Shown: one piece after another, positions 43,001 to 57,918 of the stretch
How positions within the stretch are numbered: position 1 is the stretch's first letter
Layout of the letters: the number at the start of each line of letters is the position of its first letter
Source: Octopus vulgaris
Lineage: Eukaryota
DNA length: 64,000 nucleotides
Assembly (NCBI GenBank): GCA_951406725.2
Contig: OX597814.1
Span: 134,912,001-134,976,000 of the forward strand
Reading direction: 5' to 3'
The notes under the pieces: model-generated
The model's input: the letters and a program-made list of their open reading frames with translations, nothing else
What the model was told of the DNA's origin: nothing
Databases searched by the model: none
Program-made: the position numbers and the translations under genes

Positions 43001-46000
43001 TTAATAGTTGTAGCATATGACTCCATGAATTGGTGACCCCACTAGTGCTGGTGCTATAAAAAAAACCCAGTACACACTGTAAAGTGGTTGGCATTAGAAA
43101 AGGCATCCAGCTGTAGAAACCTTGCTAAAACAGACACTGGTGACCAACACAGCTGTCAGGATTGTCAGACCCTGTTGAACCAGCCAACCCATACCAGTAT
43201 AGAACATGGATATTAAATATTGATAATGATGAATTCTAGCAATATAACACTGTGATTGGGGAAGGGTTCAATTATTAATTTCCAATAATATGGTATTAAA
43301 TGTGTGATGATTAGTCATTACTCATTAACAAGATAACACTAAATGAAAGAGTGTCATTAATTGTTGGCAATAAAATACACTAAGCATATCAAGTGGTTAC
43401 CACATGGGTTACTAACCAGTGTAGCACTTTATATGAATATACCTCAAATTGCTAATTTTATCTATTTTGGTAATGTGAAATTAAAATGAAAGGAGTAAAT
43501 TGCAAACATTATCTGAACAATATATTTTTTGCAAACAACTTGCAGAGGCAAGTGCTACCAGTTGAAAGCTCATGGGGTAATCATGAGTGCTGTTTCAGGT
43601 TGGGCCTTCCTCTTGATGGCATCAGAGCGCACTGGCCCTCCTCACTGACATGAGGCCATTGAGAAATGGAAACATAAAAAAAGGGCTGAGCATTATAATA
43701 GCATACCTGAAATTGAGTGACAATAAGGACTTGTCCAGAGAACATGCCTTCATATAGGGCAGCAGTGACATTCACACTGAACACAGCAATGTGGTAAGGT
43801 TTTAATATTAACTAGACAAAGAGAAATATAAAATTTTGAAATATTAACAATAAAAAAACATGAACACAGGATGGCATGTATAGCTTAAAACTTATGAAGA
43901 ATGCAATGGTGTCATGTCATAAGAATCTAATGAAGGTTAGCTGAGAGTACCAAGAATTACAAATGAAAAAGGTTAACACCGAGAATTTTAAAAAACCAAA
44001 TATAGAAATAGTTGAAAGAATATTGCTCTGGTGCAGAGAATTCAGTAACATTTAAAGGTGTAGAAAACACTGGGTTTCATAAGTGCTTAGCACTAGATCT
44101 ATGGTTTGAAGAGGATGGGAAAGATTTTACCTGAATTAGACCCCAGACTATCATGCAACATTTCTAGGAAAATCTGATGCCTATTTGTTGTAGTGAGGCA
44201 ATCCGAGATACAAAGTGTATACCTATATAAACACCTTCAGTGGATTTAATTTCAAAACCCACAACATACAAGTAACTTATCTACTCAGTCACTTCAATAT
44301 ATATATATATAGTATGTTTGTCCAACCCATGCCAGTACTGAAGATGGACATTAAAAGATGGTGACGATGTTTTATTTTATCATACATCTATGCACATAAA
44401 TCTATATGTAAAGTATATAAAAAAAAATTCAACAAGATGCAATACAATTTCATTCAGAATCTCAATTATCCTGTTAAACAAATACATGTATAAGAGGAAA
44501 AAATTAACTGAAAATATTTCCCTTCATTTCATGGCAGATAGTTGAGACTTCTAGTTAGTGGCTAAGGGAGCATTGATTAAAATATTAAAAATCTAATTAA
44601 AGGAATCAAAGGTATATATGAAATAGTGAAGTTGGGAAAATTGTATATGTTTGTATACTGTGAGAATTTGCAAGCACTCGCATCTTTTCAACGTATATAC
44701 AATATGCACAAATTTGCTAACTTAACCAACTGATTCCTGCTAACCCAAACTACAAATAATTTCCACAACTTCTTGTTGTGGAATTAAAATTATAACGAAT
44801 GTTTCAAATATATTAAGGAATTTCAATATATCCTGCAAAACTTTTTATACTTTCTTTCAAAGATCCGATCCCTAAAAGGTAAAAATTAAAAGGTTTGAGT
44901 TATATAATCTAAGGATAAAGATATCAACTTCTTTTTCCATTAACATTTAAGTCTAATGACGTAGGAGCTGATTTGGAATATAGAGAATAGTATAGCATGA
45001 ACACATACAAAGCAAATCTATAATGAACTTACTGGATCTGTGTCAATATCGGAAATGTTGTGAAATTTAGTAAGTGTTGTACCATTGCCTTTTTCTATGC
45101 CAAGTAACTGTAAACTGCTCTGGTTCATACTGCAACTAAACTCTGCAATTACAATCTGGAGAAAAGTAAAGAACAATGAACAAATCTAAAGGTGACAAGA
45201 TGATGCAAATGTAAGTAAGGCAATTGTTATAAAAGAAATGAGAGTAGCTTCCTATAAAAAAATAAATATATAAAAATGTTATAATTAAAATTCAGATATC
45301 AAAAGTAGACTAATGTCCAATATAACTAAATTTATCAAGTGGGGTTAGAATTCAAGTCACTTGTCACTCTTATATTACTAGTGTTTACAAGTGCGTTAAC
45401 AAAATTCCTAGTGAAATCTAACAGAGTAGGTTCTGACTGAAAAATAGTTATGCAGTTATTCAGAAGGAAATCGACAAAATACTTACATTTACTGGATTGT
45501 TATTTTGTATTGTAAATGTTATACTACGGTGTTCCCCAACCCCTGTTGTGCCAAAATCAAGTTGACCTTTGGACTTTTCTGGTCGATGATGTATGACCTA
45601 CAAAAAAAAAAAAAAGAGAAAAAAAAACAATGAAAAACAGACAAAAAAACAAAACAAAAGAATGCATTAGAACATTAACTAGTTACTGTTGAATGGACAT
45701 AAATGAGGAAATGTGGTTTGCTTACCTTAAGAAGACCACTGTATACGATGATAGGAATACTGAAGCTAGATGCATTTGTCTGAATGATTATTTGAGAGGT
45801 GAAATGAAGTGATGTAGTGTTTGGATGGAAATGCAACAAAAATGGCACTAGAGTCTCCTGGGGACGAATTATCACAGGCTTAGAGAAGTTTCTGATCTGA
45901 ATAAAACAAAATATTAGGAAAGTTAAGACACCACTGATAATATTACTAAAATAAAAATGCATTTATAACTACTGGATTAGATGTTCTCTATATCATTACA

Positions 46001-49000
46001 AGTTGTATATTCTTACAAATATATTATAAAGCACAACTGTTTTACATGGTAACAAACAAGTGAATATTTATAATCCATCTTTAAGGGAATAATTCACTGC
46101 AGCACTTGTCTCTTTATTTAGTTCTAGTTATAGCAATACACTTAAGCACTATTGCAACGTTATCTTAATATCTCTTGTGTTTTTAATACTAACACAAGCA
46201 CATCGAAAATTGTCACTGGAGATCCACACACACACACGCACGCCTTTGTAAGAAACTATGAAAAATTGCAATTATCCACAACTGACTGACCTCTAGCAGT
46301 TACCATTAAAACATTCAAGCATTTCAATATTGTATAGCAACCAGGTGCCTTACAGCCCAACATAATCATATTACTTCATATACAAATACTATATGGTAGA
46401 GGGTACATTTAAACCCAAGAGAAGATAAGAATAGCATACTTCATGTGCAGAGTCTATGGATTACTACTTTCAACCTGTAGTCTCAGCACCATATTCTTTC
46501 TTGAGCCAAACTGATTGGGGCTGATTAACAATCACACTATAAAGTGCAAGTTTACAGAATATTTTCTTTTACTTTTGCCAGAATGAGTAACCTCGGTAAA
46601 CATAGGGTTGTCCAAATTTAAACTAGTGATAGCATTAATTAAATTGACCAAGCAGAGCTTCCAATGAGATCTCACAAACTTGAACTTTTGACTTTTTTTA
46701 AAGAGATATTCACTTTCTATATTAATTTAGAAATAAATAATAAAAGTGAATTTTGAGGACATATCTATACACACACACATCCACAAATACATAGTACATA
46801 AATTGTAATTTAACTGTAATAATATTGATTTCTCAGACACAAATACCTGAGAACAGTATCTTGCAAGGGCAAAATGCTTATAGTTCGATATAAACCAAAA
46901 ACTCCTGGCACACCTAATCCACTTTACCATGTGGTTGTGAAGCTGGTCCAGCTGGAAATCAAGACTGAGATGTAATGGCAAAGTGCTAAAAATGTTATAC
47001 TAATAATACTAAAAAGTTTTCTAAGCAAGTTCCTTTCTATAAAGGGTCAAAAGTATAGTTGATTAACTTGTCCTTATAATATCACTAGTATTAACCTCAG
47101 TAGGATGAAATCTAATTCAGTACCACAGGATTCTTAATTTACTTTAAAATCATCAGTAATAATAATATAAGTTATCCTGTCAGTCATACCTTTATATAAA
47201 AGGGTTCTGTGTTGATAAGAAAATGTATGGAATATATCTAGGAATATGACAACAGCATGAGGGTGGAAAGATCCCCCCTTACAAATAACAACAATATAAA
47301 GACAAAGATATTCCAAAAACAAAAGCACTTTTCAAATACTCACTGAAAAATATTTGTGTATACCATGTGGAAGGCTAACATTATATATGACTATAGAGAA
47401 GTTAAAAGTATTAGTAAAGGCCAGCGATCTGGTATGGTTTCTCATAAATGAGCCACTGTAAAAGTGAGTGCTGTTTGCATTGTAGACTAATGACCTGAAA
47501 TAGAGAACAGAAAAAGTTTGTAGAGAAATAATTACAAAAGTTAATTTAATTAAATATAAATTTCAACTTAAAAAGAAGTGTCATATCAGATACATACCCA
47601 TGAAGTACATTTACTTGGTAAGGGATAGACAATTTATTCATATTATGTTTGGATTTTACAACAATTTTTCCAGACCACTGTCTAGGATTTAAAGCTTTAG
47701 TGGCTGGAAAGAAACAAAAAAAAATTTTTCTGAAAAATTGTTTTGAAAGAGTAAAATATACCAATCTACTTATTTATCTAAATGTCTAGTTTTACAGAAA
47801 TGTAAAATATATCTTCAATTAATATTTTTCTGTACATAAATCTTGATATCACATCATCTCATCAGAGAGGTCCTACTTCAAATCTGTTTTGCTCTAGCTT
47901 TGCTTTGGTTTCTCAATATCATCAGTATCAGCATATGCTATCTACAGCTAACACAATTGTCCCTTTTACTTACATTAGAAATGTATTTTGTACATTGGTT
48001 TTCAGTAAATCACTGCTACTCAACCTATCTCTTAGAAAAATTTGTTGTTTCTCTTTTATATACATCATCATCCTTTAACGTCCAATTTCCATGCTGGCAT
48101 AGCTTGGCTAGTTTAACCAGAACTGGCAAACAGGAGAGCTGCACCAGGTTCCAATCTGATTTGGTTTGGTTTCTATGGCTGGATGTCCTTTCTAATGTCA
48201 ATCTTTTACAGAGCATGCTGAGTGCTTTTAATGAGTACACACACACAAAAGGTTAAGGAGTACAAAAGTTTAATTTGTATTGAATGAAATTATTTAGAGG
48301 ATGCAAATTGACAGAGCACTGGAAAGAATAACTTGTGGCAGCTGTTCTATTTCTCTGCAATCTGAGTTCAAATTCTGCTGAGGTCAATTTTACTTTTAAT
48401 TCTTTTGAGGTTAATAAAAAAAAAGTATAAATCCAGGGCAGTGGATTGGTAGAACTGTTAGTGATATCTGTTCTGGGATTTTGTTTTCTGACAGCAACAC
48501 TTGTGATGACACTGAGACCAAGCTGCATTAGCCCTAAAGTGGTGGTTTTCCCTTGGGACAACATCAGTGGCATCAATAGAGAAGACTTGAATGTACAAGC
48601 AGCTGCCAGTCTTTAGGTAAAATCTTAGCCCAAGCCTGTACATGCAATTACATGGCCAACATTAACTGATAGAGGCCTTGGAAATTATTAACTAAGCATG
48701 ATACACTTAAGTTTTTGTGGCAACTATAAAATTAAAATTAGTATTACTAAAACAGAAATATACCCACAATACAAGTTGCTGTCATGCAAAAAAATCTTGA
48801 CGAAAGCTTTCAATGTTAGTATCACTGGAAATCTCATATTACCAATTTCACTTATCAGATGTCACATTTTGGAATTGGAGCCTAGTCTCCAAAAATCATT
48901 TTTTAAACAAGTTCAAATATTTTACATAGCTGTTAACTCCAAGATTAGGTAAAATGGTAGTAGTAGAACTGCAGTAGTTATGTGGCTCGGGTGCTGAACT

Positions 49001-52000
49001 ATTTGCTTGATACTACTAATTTACTTTATCACCACCAGTTTGAGGGTATCTATCTTAGCATTTCTAAGCGAAATAGTTATTATGAAGAGAATGAAATTGA
49101 ACGGCAAATATCTAATCTAACAATATACACAACTGTGTTAGAAGAACAATCATGGAAGGATGTATGAAAAATAATACCTCTAAATGTAATCTGGGCTACT
49201 GCTACACGACGTAATACATCTGGTTGTAGTTTCATAGGTCGGAATTCTACAGATATAGCATCATTTGGAGGTGACAAGGAAACACCCTGAAAAACAGGAC
49301 AAGAAAAAAATTGCAGAAATTTCTCAAGCTTTCTATGTGATCCTAACTAAAACATTTTTATAGAAATAAAATAGCTTAAAGATTTTAGAAAACATATACA
49401 CGTTGCTATTATGTTAAACTGTCGTATGTCCAAATGTGTTCTTCTTAATATTTATTTTTGCTTTCAATAGCTGGTTCTTTTGGTCAAACTATCTCCTCTT
49501 CAGCTACTAAGATATCAAAAATTGCCAAAGTGTAGTACAATGGAATGGTGAAACTATTTTTTCATTTCCCGAAAAAGCAACATTTCGGACTTATGACACA
49601 TTTCAATAATAGCATATATATATATATATATATATGTATACACACACATTTGCTTGCTTGTTTTACATCCATTTCTCATGCTAGCACAGTTGAGACTACA
49701 TAAAGAAACGTGGAATAGATATATTTTTTTCACAAAAAACCCCCCCAAAAAGTACTGAATACATTGTTTACAGTTGTGGGTAAACAATTGCTGACTTAAG
49801 TATTCACTACTTGAAGATTTGTAGGTGGATGAAACAGATGTCTGCCAATAAGTTATGCTCACTTATGACAAACATCTGAATCTAGATACATTTCACATGC
49901 CTCTGAGACAGCAATGAATGCTGATATCAATAACTATTCACTTATGAGTGTGTGTGTGTGTGTGTATATATACACGCATGCATGCACCTAATGTGTAGGC
50001 ATGGGTGTGTGGTTAAGAAGTTTCCATAACATGATTCTGGTCTCAGTCACATTTTGCTGCACCTTGGATAAGTGCCTTCTACTATTACACTTGGCCAACC
50101 AATTCCTTATAAATATGGTAGATGGAAACTATACAAAGCCTGCTGTGTTAATGTGTTTATTTACATTATATATACACACACACACACAGATGTGCACGTG
50201 AGTGTTTGAGAATGTTTACATTCAGTGATATTGCACACAAAAGTCAGCACTTCCCACAGTCATTTCCTTGTGTGGAATGATAAACTTCTGTTCGAAAAAC
50301 AGGTAGTACCTGTTTTCCAAATAGCAGTAGAAAGGATATTTGGTTATAAAATAATTTTACAAAATACATTTTTGTTTATACTATACAAACATAAAATGAA
50401 AGACTATATGAGAAAAGAAAATAGAGAAAATGTTGACAAAGAGCAATAGAATAAAAAGGAAATTAATAATAGATTATTACTTGCAATGAATAAGTAACAA
50501 TGTTTGTATACAAGTAACTATGTTTAAGCTGTTACAGATGTGTTCATGTTGGAATAGAAGAGGAGGAGAAGATCTTGTGATAGGAATGTAAAATCTCATT
50601 TTAAGTAAAAGTGATTTCTAAAAAGTTTACTTTGGATAATTAACTCTGTGTTTAGAAGATCTGATGTAGGTGGAAGTCTTTAATCAGCACAAATGGAAAA
50701 CAATGTAAAAGAGGAAAAATTCACTCACTGTAACATGAACAGGCCTTAAGCCTGTGTTTACCAGATTCAGCTGTACTGTTTGAGGTTCATCTAAAGTTCG
50801 TAGAATACCAAAATCAATCATCTCTACTGGAGAATATATACCAGGAGCTGCAGTTATAAATACAAAATATTACAGTTACAAAGTAGCAGACGTCAAATAC
50901 TAGGCTTTATTTAAAAGAAATATTAATTTCATACTTGACAAAAAAAGGGTCACAGTTCACATAAAAACTGGAGGCAAAATAGTGGGGAGTTTTTTGTTGA
51001 TGTTAGAGCTTTTTATCTTCTATCAAATTTATCCCATTTCATCATTGTCGTCACTCACTATCAGAAAGAGATGGGTGAATGGGGGAGAAAAAAAAAAGTC
51101 TACCAGCACCATCAGAGCCAGGTTTCCTTTTATTTCTAAAAAGACATATTTAAGATGCCTCAGTTTCTCTAGCTATCAAAAACAGGTACTACACTTTTCT
51201 GGGAAGGTTAGTTGCAACCACTAAACATTTTATTGGAAGGAAATGGCTGTTACCTGTTTGATATTATATAAACTGGGGCTAAACACTGTCCTACAGATCA
51301 CTGTGATTCATAAAAAGGATTAACTATTTTAAAGTTAGGATAGCAAGAGAATGGCATGTTTTTCCACATGACTCCAAACTCATAAGCATTTAATTTGTAG
51401 TAGTACTACACATGAAGGAAATTGTGCAATATCATCAAATGCAAGAAGTTCATCAATCATTGCAAACACTGCAAAATGAACACACAAAAGAAAAGGATAC
51501 TTTTAAGCATGCAGTCTTCAAGTTCATGACTAATTGAAGCTAGGTTCCCTCCTTAATTTTCAGCATCCACCAAAATCCACTAATCCTCAACCACGATTGC
51601 TCTATAAGTAGCACCCTTGAAGGTAAACCGACAATCACAGTAACCAAGTGTGAAAACTTTCATGTAAACTACATTACTATTAGCTCCTTGAGCTGGGTGA
51701 GCCTCTACATGGTCATTCGACCTGCTAGAAATACAGCTAAAATTGCCAAAAATCTCATTCTACTACCATACAAAAAGTAGACATTGAAGAATGTAGTCCT
51801 TGACTAGATTATTCAACATCATTCAATCCTATGTTGGGAATGGTCACAGCTGGAATGCTTTTGTTTATAGATATACTCAATCAGGGCAAACTTAGTGCTG
51901 AACAATATTGTAGCTCTTATTTTCACCAACAATAATCATTTCTCTCTAGTGCCTATTTTTAAACTCTTCGATCTTTATGTGTAACTGCTACAATTAATAA

Positions 52001-55000
52001 CAATATGTGAGGGTGTGCCCCAACCACTGAAAAGCAGCCTCTATGACTCAACTACCCATGCTTCAAACATATCAAGTGATAAAACAAGCAATTAACTATT
52101 TTCTTTATGTCATTGAATCACTTTCCTTTCCTAGTGATCACTAAAAGCTTCTGAAAAGCTACTATGTCAGGCATGTATATATGTGTGTGTTTTTCTTCTC
52201 CAAGTACTTCAGTAAAAATAATTGTTGCTCAAGTCAACAGTGAAACGTTTAACTATAGCTTGTAGAATCTCCAAGCAAAGTTACCCATCTATCTCTTTTA
52301 TTGTCAGAGGTCTACTACTAGAGAGCCCCATTGTAGCAGAGTTATTAAAAGAAGTGTCATTTTGAGATGATAATTTTCTTCTTGCCAAATAAACACACAT
52401 ACTATATATTCCTTCTTCACTTGTTTATTATTGTTCTTATTTTATGTCCATTGTCTGGAAATCTTTAGTCACTTTTTCTGTAACCTCTTCAATGACTCTC
52501 TATCCCATGTCTCCTGTTTAGTCTATTGTTAAAAAGATCTTTTTCCAGAACACATTCTAATTTCAGAGTTTGTTCATGTCTCACACTTTCCTTTTATGCA
52601 GACAATACAGTACTTCACTTCTAACAATGTCATTTTATTTGTACCCTAGAAAGCTCTTAACAGATTTGTATGACTTTTTTGAAACTACAAAATCTAATGA
52701 TTATGTAACAATCATGTCACTTCCAAAACTCATTCACTAAACATACTAATAAAGTAATATTGCAACACTAAACCCACTTTTTTCATGAACAGTACACTGT
52801 TAAAACCCTTCAACTCGATACAAATATTAAACCTCAACCTTATTCAATGTAACCACTCGGTAATACTGCATAAACTAGGATCAGAAAATCAAATGCTAAC
52901 ATTTTAAAAATTTCAAGCACAACCCAGACTACACTTCAAAGTATCTGATGATGTAGATGCTACAAATATTCAAGAGAAGATCATATGACTAACCAACAAG
53001 CTACAATTAATCCTAGTTTCCTGTATCTTTTTTTAAACTTCTTTAATGGCTTCTGTTCAACTAAACTGTGTTACCACACATCCAAGCCCAATTGATACAC
53101 CTGCTTCATCTAACCACCCTTGGTGTGTGCCACCTTACATGCCTTGCATTAACCCCCACCCCACACTCTGTATATATGCCTTTTCATTATCTCTTCTAAT
53201 TTAAATGTTGAGTACCACATCCAGACAATGCAATCCATTTCTTTTTCTCTCACCATCCCTTCTGTCTTGCCCTGTACCAAACACTAGTTAACCATTTATC
53301 CATAGAATTACTATGATTGGGAACTGTCATCCAGTTTATTATCTTCTAAAATCTAAAATGCTAACATCAACTACCTTAGTCTCACTAGTCTCGGAAGGGT
53401 TTTACTAAAGGCAAGAGTACTTTTCCTCTACTCCTAGCAAAAAATCTTTTAAAAGAAAACTGCCTACCTGAGGTAACCTCCACTTCGACAGGAAGTATTA
53501 ATACACCTCGAATATGCTCATGATTTGTTTTGATACGTATAAAAGCTGTATGGTTGGTTTCTACTCTTCCTATAAAGTTGGCCCGCATTACAGGTTTTGT
53601 TTCATATGGTGGAATTTCCTAAAGTGACAGAAAGAAAACATTAGCTGAAATGCAGCTGGATATCAACTTACAAATCAACAAGCAGAAATGAACAAAGTGC
53701 ATGAAATGATTACATGATCAGTAAGAATGACTAGTAAAGAGCTCCTAACCATTTTAGACACTGTGTGTGTTTTATTAGCCCTTTAGCATTTTAACCGGCC
53801 ATATCCAGCCAAAATATGCAACCTGTTTTATGTTCTAACTGGTCAGATCTGGCCTCTCACACCAACCCTACATTATCATTCTAAAATTTAAAAGTTACCT
53901 CATTTGAACTCTCAAAGTTACAAAATAATGCATGATTAATTAAAAATAATGTGAATAAATAAGCATTACTTTGACAAAATAATGTGAATGCTGAAGGGTT
54001 AAATATGTAGACAATCTACCAGCCACTTGATCACTAACTAATCAGGTGACCACGTAAGCCAGATTGACTTCATACTCAAGAAATTGGACAGGCAACTTAA
54101 GAATGCACCATACAATGTACACTGGTAATCATCAAACTATGGATAAGAGCATGATGGACCACAATACACTAGATGGTCAGACAAAAGGGTGATACAGGAA
54201 GATTGGAAGGAAAAGGAGAGTAAAAAACAGTATCAAATAACTAAAAGAGAAGTGAAACAGAAGATGACCGTTTGCACATGTTCTGCAATATGAAGACCAG
54301 AAGTGTGAAGCATTCTGGATTGCAAAACAGTGTGCCAGTGTGAATTGAGATGTCACTGGGAAACAGTGTGTGTAGAATAACAACAGTGAAAAGAAAAAGA
54401 AAGAAATATTATAAGGGTTTGTTGAAGGAGACTGATTAGGAAAGAGTAGATTAAACAAAGAGACCAGCTGTATGGTTGAGAGTTTTATTAGGAATGAAGG
54501 CAAGCAAGACAACTGCAATATCAAGAGAGAATTTGTTGCTGTGATTTAGACAATAGTATCTGGCATTAGCCACTTGCATTGTCAATGAAATAGGACAGAT
54601 AGGTGTCATAGCCAATGATTGTAGTGGCATCAAAATGAAGCAGCAACTACAAAGGCATCAAAATGTTGGGTCAGATTTTGAAAGAGTACTAACTATGAAA
54701 AAGAATTAGTTTTGACAAGATATAGTGTGGGTTTGTGCTGGGATGGTGTAACACCAGTGACTTCTTAGTGAAACAATAGAAAGTTTTTAGCAAAGAATAA
54801 GTCCCTCAATCTAGCATTTGTTGACCTGGAGAAGGCTTTGACAGGGTTCTATGTGCTGTAGCTTGGTAGTCCCTTAGAAAACAAGGTGCAAATAACTGGT
54901 GAATCATACAAGTCACCTAAAGAAAAATCTTCAGTAAGGTGCAGATCAAGAACAAGTTCAGTGAAGAATTTATGTAAATAGGTGTCCTTCAAGGATCAGG

Positions 55001-57918
55001 TTTGAGCTATTGTGCTCTGGGGTATAGCAGGAGTACTCTGCCTGCGGAAGCTCCTATATGTTTATGACTTAGTTCATTTAGCTGATTCTGCCAAAGAATT
55101 TAAAAAAAAAAAAAAAATTTTTCAAATGTTGAAGCAAAGGCCAGAATAAAAGCCTCAAAATAAAACCAGCAAAGATAAAAGTTCTAGTTAGCAGGGAAGA
55201 AGACAGGACTAATGCCATCAGTGAAATAGACATACTTGATATGTAGAGAGGGAGTAGGCACGCATTCTTTACAGAGTATCCAGAGTAAATTACAGCTTTA
55301 AAAATGGTTATAGTGCTAGCAAAGACAAGCTGACAGAAAAGGTCAACTTACAAATGCAGCTGATGCACAGGAATAGCTAGCATTAACAGTGTACGACAAA
55401 CTCCTTTAAATGCTCAGAAGGCTCCCTACTCATCATTGATAGCTTTTGTTACCTAGGTGATCTAATTAGCAGTGGAGAGGGTTGCTCAAAGAGGCCAGAA
55501 TAAGAACAAGATTGAAAAATTTCTCTCAAGTGAAAGGAAGTAACACTGAATCTATGCCAGCATGGAAACATGGATATAAAAATGAAGACAATGTGCTAAG
55601 ATTTTACTTATAAAAATTTCTTGTGTGTCGAAGTTTAACCTTTGGTTATAACTAAAGTGATTGAAAAATTTCTAAAATTCTACAGAAATTTATGGAGACA
55701 AAACATTTTCCACTAATTAAGACAAAATAATTATGTAGAGAATAATAAAGAGTGATAGTCACTTCTATTGATTACACTATAAAGCAAAATCATATTTGAC
55801 ACTTTCATAATTTTTAAAATATATATATATATGTTCTATCACATTAGAATTAGCAGTTAATAGAAAACTTTATAAAGTGTATAAATAATATAAAGTGTTG
55901 ACAGTTGAAAACACCAACTGGGTTGCAGATCTTGTTTTGATTTCACCAAGAACTTACTAGGGATATTCTCCAAAACAATTTTTTTTTTTTTTACTGAGTC
56001 TCAGATTTATATTAGGATGGTGATAAATTGTTACATTTTGATAAAATATATTTTAAAAGAAAATATTTTTAATTGGAAATGTAAATTCTATCACAAAACT
56101 GGCTTGCTGAAACTTACTGATGGTACCACAACTCGTAGCATGTGACAGAATACAAAATCAAAAGAGATTCCTTACCCACAATGATGTTATAGCCTCTCTG
56201 TCTCCCGTTGGGAGTTCTAAGTGCAGATCCCCCGCACTTGAGAACATTCCCACAACCTAATTAAAAGAGAAGAAAAAAAGAGAACATCAAGCACAGTTCA
56301 AATTCAGAACATTTTCTAACTCCTTGCAGATGGGAAGTGGTAGTGACTTCATCGAAATACTATGTGAACAATGCAAGGTCTAGTTGTTCTTGCTCTTAAC
56401 AGCTTAATACCAGTACACAGCACAGACTGTCAGTACTAAATCCGTCTGCAAGGAGTTAAAATATTCATAACAGCAGTTTTTATACATGACAAAATAAAGT
56501 TAATCCACCCATACATGTTTCCATCAATTATGCATTCTCTTTCTTCCATCCAACACATATTTCATCATAGAAATTCACCCTATTTTGCTCCTTTGTTCAT
56601 CATTCAGTATATTCACTTCACATCTTCATGTCTTACCACCCCTCACTCCCTCCCTCTTCTTGTTCTTCTGCTCCCACCCACTCTTGTATAATACGAGCAG
56701 CCATGTATCTCTGCTACGGAAAGAAACCTGGCCTACTCCCCATTTACTTCATACTGTAACCCTTCATTACTTAGCACAAAGCTGTTTCCCTCTTTACTGC
56801 AACCCTACTTGACTGATGGGGATCTTAGCCTTGCAAAGCCCAATGGTAACCTCACTAGTGCTTGTGCAATGCCAAAAGAAGAAACCTCCTGCCCCATTAT
56901 TTGTAAAGAGGTTGATGTTAAGAAGGTCATCTAGTATTAGAAACCATGCCAAAGCAGACACTGGAGTACAAGGCAGTTCTCTGGACCTATCAAACTGTCC
57001 AACTGAAGCCAGCATGGAAGATACAAATTAAAGAAAAAATATGAATATGATAAAGTCAGTAATGGTGTTCTTGTAGCTGAAGCACTACTGAAAATTTTGG
57101 ATTAATTGAGGATAACTAACTAGAATGGTGTAATGATTTTATCTTCAGCTTAATGCAAGGAAATGAGCTCAAGCCAGCATTGATTATACAGTGATGAAAT
57201 GTACCACCTTATGATATCCATTTACAACAGGAATAAGCAATTGAAATTTCATTTCTTTCTCCAGAATACAATACACCACTCTTATTAAAATAGGAATCAA
57301 AACTTCAGCTGGATTGACATCTTTTCCTTCACATTAATCAACTTTAAACTGTTACTAAAACAACTAAACTGTTGGATATTTCCATCATGGGTGAAAATTA
57401 CAAAGTTAATATATATTAAATGAGACAGAACTCATTAAGATTTATTTTCTAATGAAAAACTTTTTCAAGTGATGTGCTGTTCACATACTGAAGGAATAGA
57501 AATATTGATATTTTGAAGCTATGTAAATAACAACACCTTGTATAGGCATGAAAACCCATGTATGAAATTAAGTGATTCCATTTGGAAATTGAAATTCTAT
57601 TCATAATATGTGTGAGTGTGTGTTGAGAATTTCCCAACATTTTTAGAGGTACAATGCCTGCAGTAGAAGAGGAACATAAAACCTAAAGTCATTGCTGAAA
57701 TCAGTGAATTATTCATGGTATCACTGAAGTAAATAAGTGAAAAGAATTTTTATTCAACATTTTGCTGAATGCTGAAAATATAGAAAAATAGCTACCTGAA
57801 GTGTTGAACTGTGTGGATTATGCATTTCAATTAAAGAAGAAAAGCTACTATTCAAGGGGACTTTGGCACCCAAATATGGTCGAAGCCTATAAGGATTTGG
57901 AATTCCAACTCCAAACAC
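22562..57918 (-). CDS. TMEM131: Transmembrane protein 131, 32 coding exons in window (5' exons outside)
   Basis: Exons in transcript order: 57918-57796, 56256-56176, 53618-53468, 50847-50729, 49286-49178, 47703-47598, 47494-47344, 45896-45726, 45597-45487, 45155-45033, 43811-43707, 42937-42851, 41585-41433, 40479-40404, 38481-38364, 38266-38131, 37909-37800, 36115-36031, 35863-35697, 35186-35047, 34488-34293, 34203-33275, 32579-32416, 31951-31737, 30942-30800, 30581-30495, 30366-30010, 29560-29488, 26962-26826, 25569-25486, 25390-25275, 22690-22562. All are GT-AG with consistent phases, 5052 nt in total. Recognisable TMEM131 peptides: VFGVGIPNPYRLRP, GDLHLELPTG, NHTAFIRIKTN, LPVEVEVT, RNNLTIID, CEGYGFKV, FTPDFT, LPRPSWE followed by a TM helix, ETSSTTTESS. 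The C-terminal low-complexity exons rest on splice and phase evidence only. Confidence 0.93.
24045..24204. mobile_element. piggyBac-type MITE, internally deleted copy
   Basis: CCCTTTAGTATT start and GGG-TTAA end; colinear with 28195-28405 and 53779-53998. Confidence 0.7.
26990..27352 (-). mobile_element. SINE family B, near full length
   Basis: Colinear with 20410-20755; contains a locally generated palindrome at 27239-27276. Confidence 0.8.
27667..28103. mobile_element. Foldback element with about 120-bp inverted arms enclosing a tRNA-like segment
   Basis: 27667-27790 is the reverse complement of 27983-28103; an extra arm copy lies at 27923-27978; tRNA/SINE-head-like sequence on - at about 27810-27882. 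Confidence 0.72.
28195..28405. mobile_element. piggyBac-type MITE (211 bp)
   Basis: TTAA at 28191-28194 and 28406-28409; TIR CCCTTTAGCAT / ATGCCAGAGGG. Confidence 0.85.
36722..37428 (+). mobile_element. Tc1/mariner transposase relic with an inverted partial duplicate
   Basis: WFQQDG..HTARET and WPSRSPDLTSLDFFLWGYLKERVY (ORF 36997-37293); TIR-like TTTTGGGACACCCT near 37413-37428; 36722-36928 is an inverted copy of about 37045-37255. Confidence 0.85.
40621..41264. mobile_element. Non-autonomous hAT-type element (644 bp)
   Basis: 8-bp TSD CCCTAAAG at 40613-40620 and 41265-41272; right end TTTGGGAAACACTG; degenerate left end CATAGCATTCCAAA. Confidence 0.8.
41990..42541 (+). mobile_element. 3' end of an RTE-type LINE with (GAT)n tail
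   Basis: Remnant of the RL.W.GHV and GRP.KTW motifs; 3' UTR ends gcatggaaaatggacattaaaggatgatgat. Shorter tail copies at about 24807-24852, 25728-25875, 28924-29020, 43030-43232, 44315-44370 and 48062-48225. Confidence 0.75.
53779..53998. mobile_element. piggyBac-type MITE, same family as 28195-28405
   Basis: TTAG|CCCTTTAGCATT...AATGCTGAAGGG|TTAA. Confidence 0.82.
54130..55590 (+). mobile_element. Highly decayed RTE-type LINE ORF2 fragment
   Basis: AFVDLEKA(FDR) at about 54814-54846, GVLQGS near 54980, LLYVYDL (YADD relic) near 55030, F.YLG near 55445, RTE-type tail near 55555-55590. Confidence 0.72.
56320..56455. mobile_element. Small TTAA-type MITE (136 bp)
   Basis: CTAA|CTCCTTGCAGATGG ... 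CCGTCTGCAAGGAG|TTAA. Confidence 0.75.

Noticed and set aside
43582-43670. GC-richer intronic patch with a small hairpin as a snoRNA
   Set aside because: No convincing C/D or H/ACA box arrangement could be established by eye.
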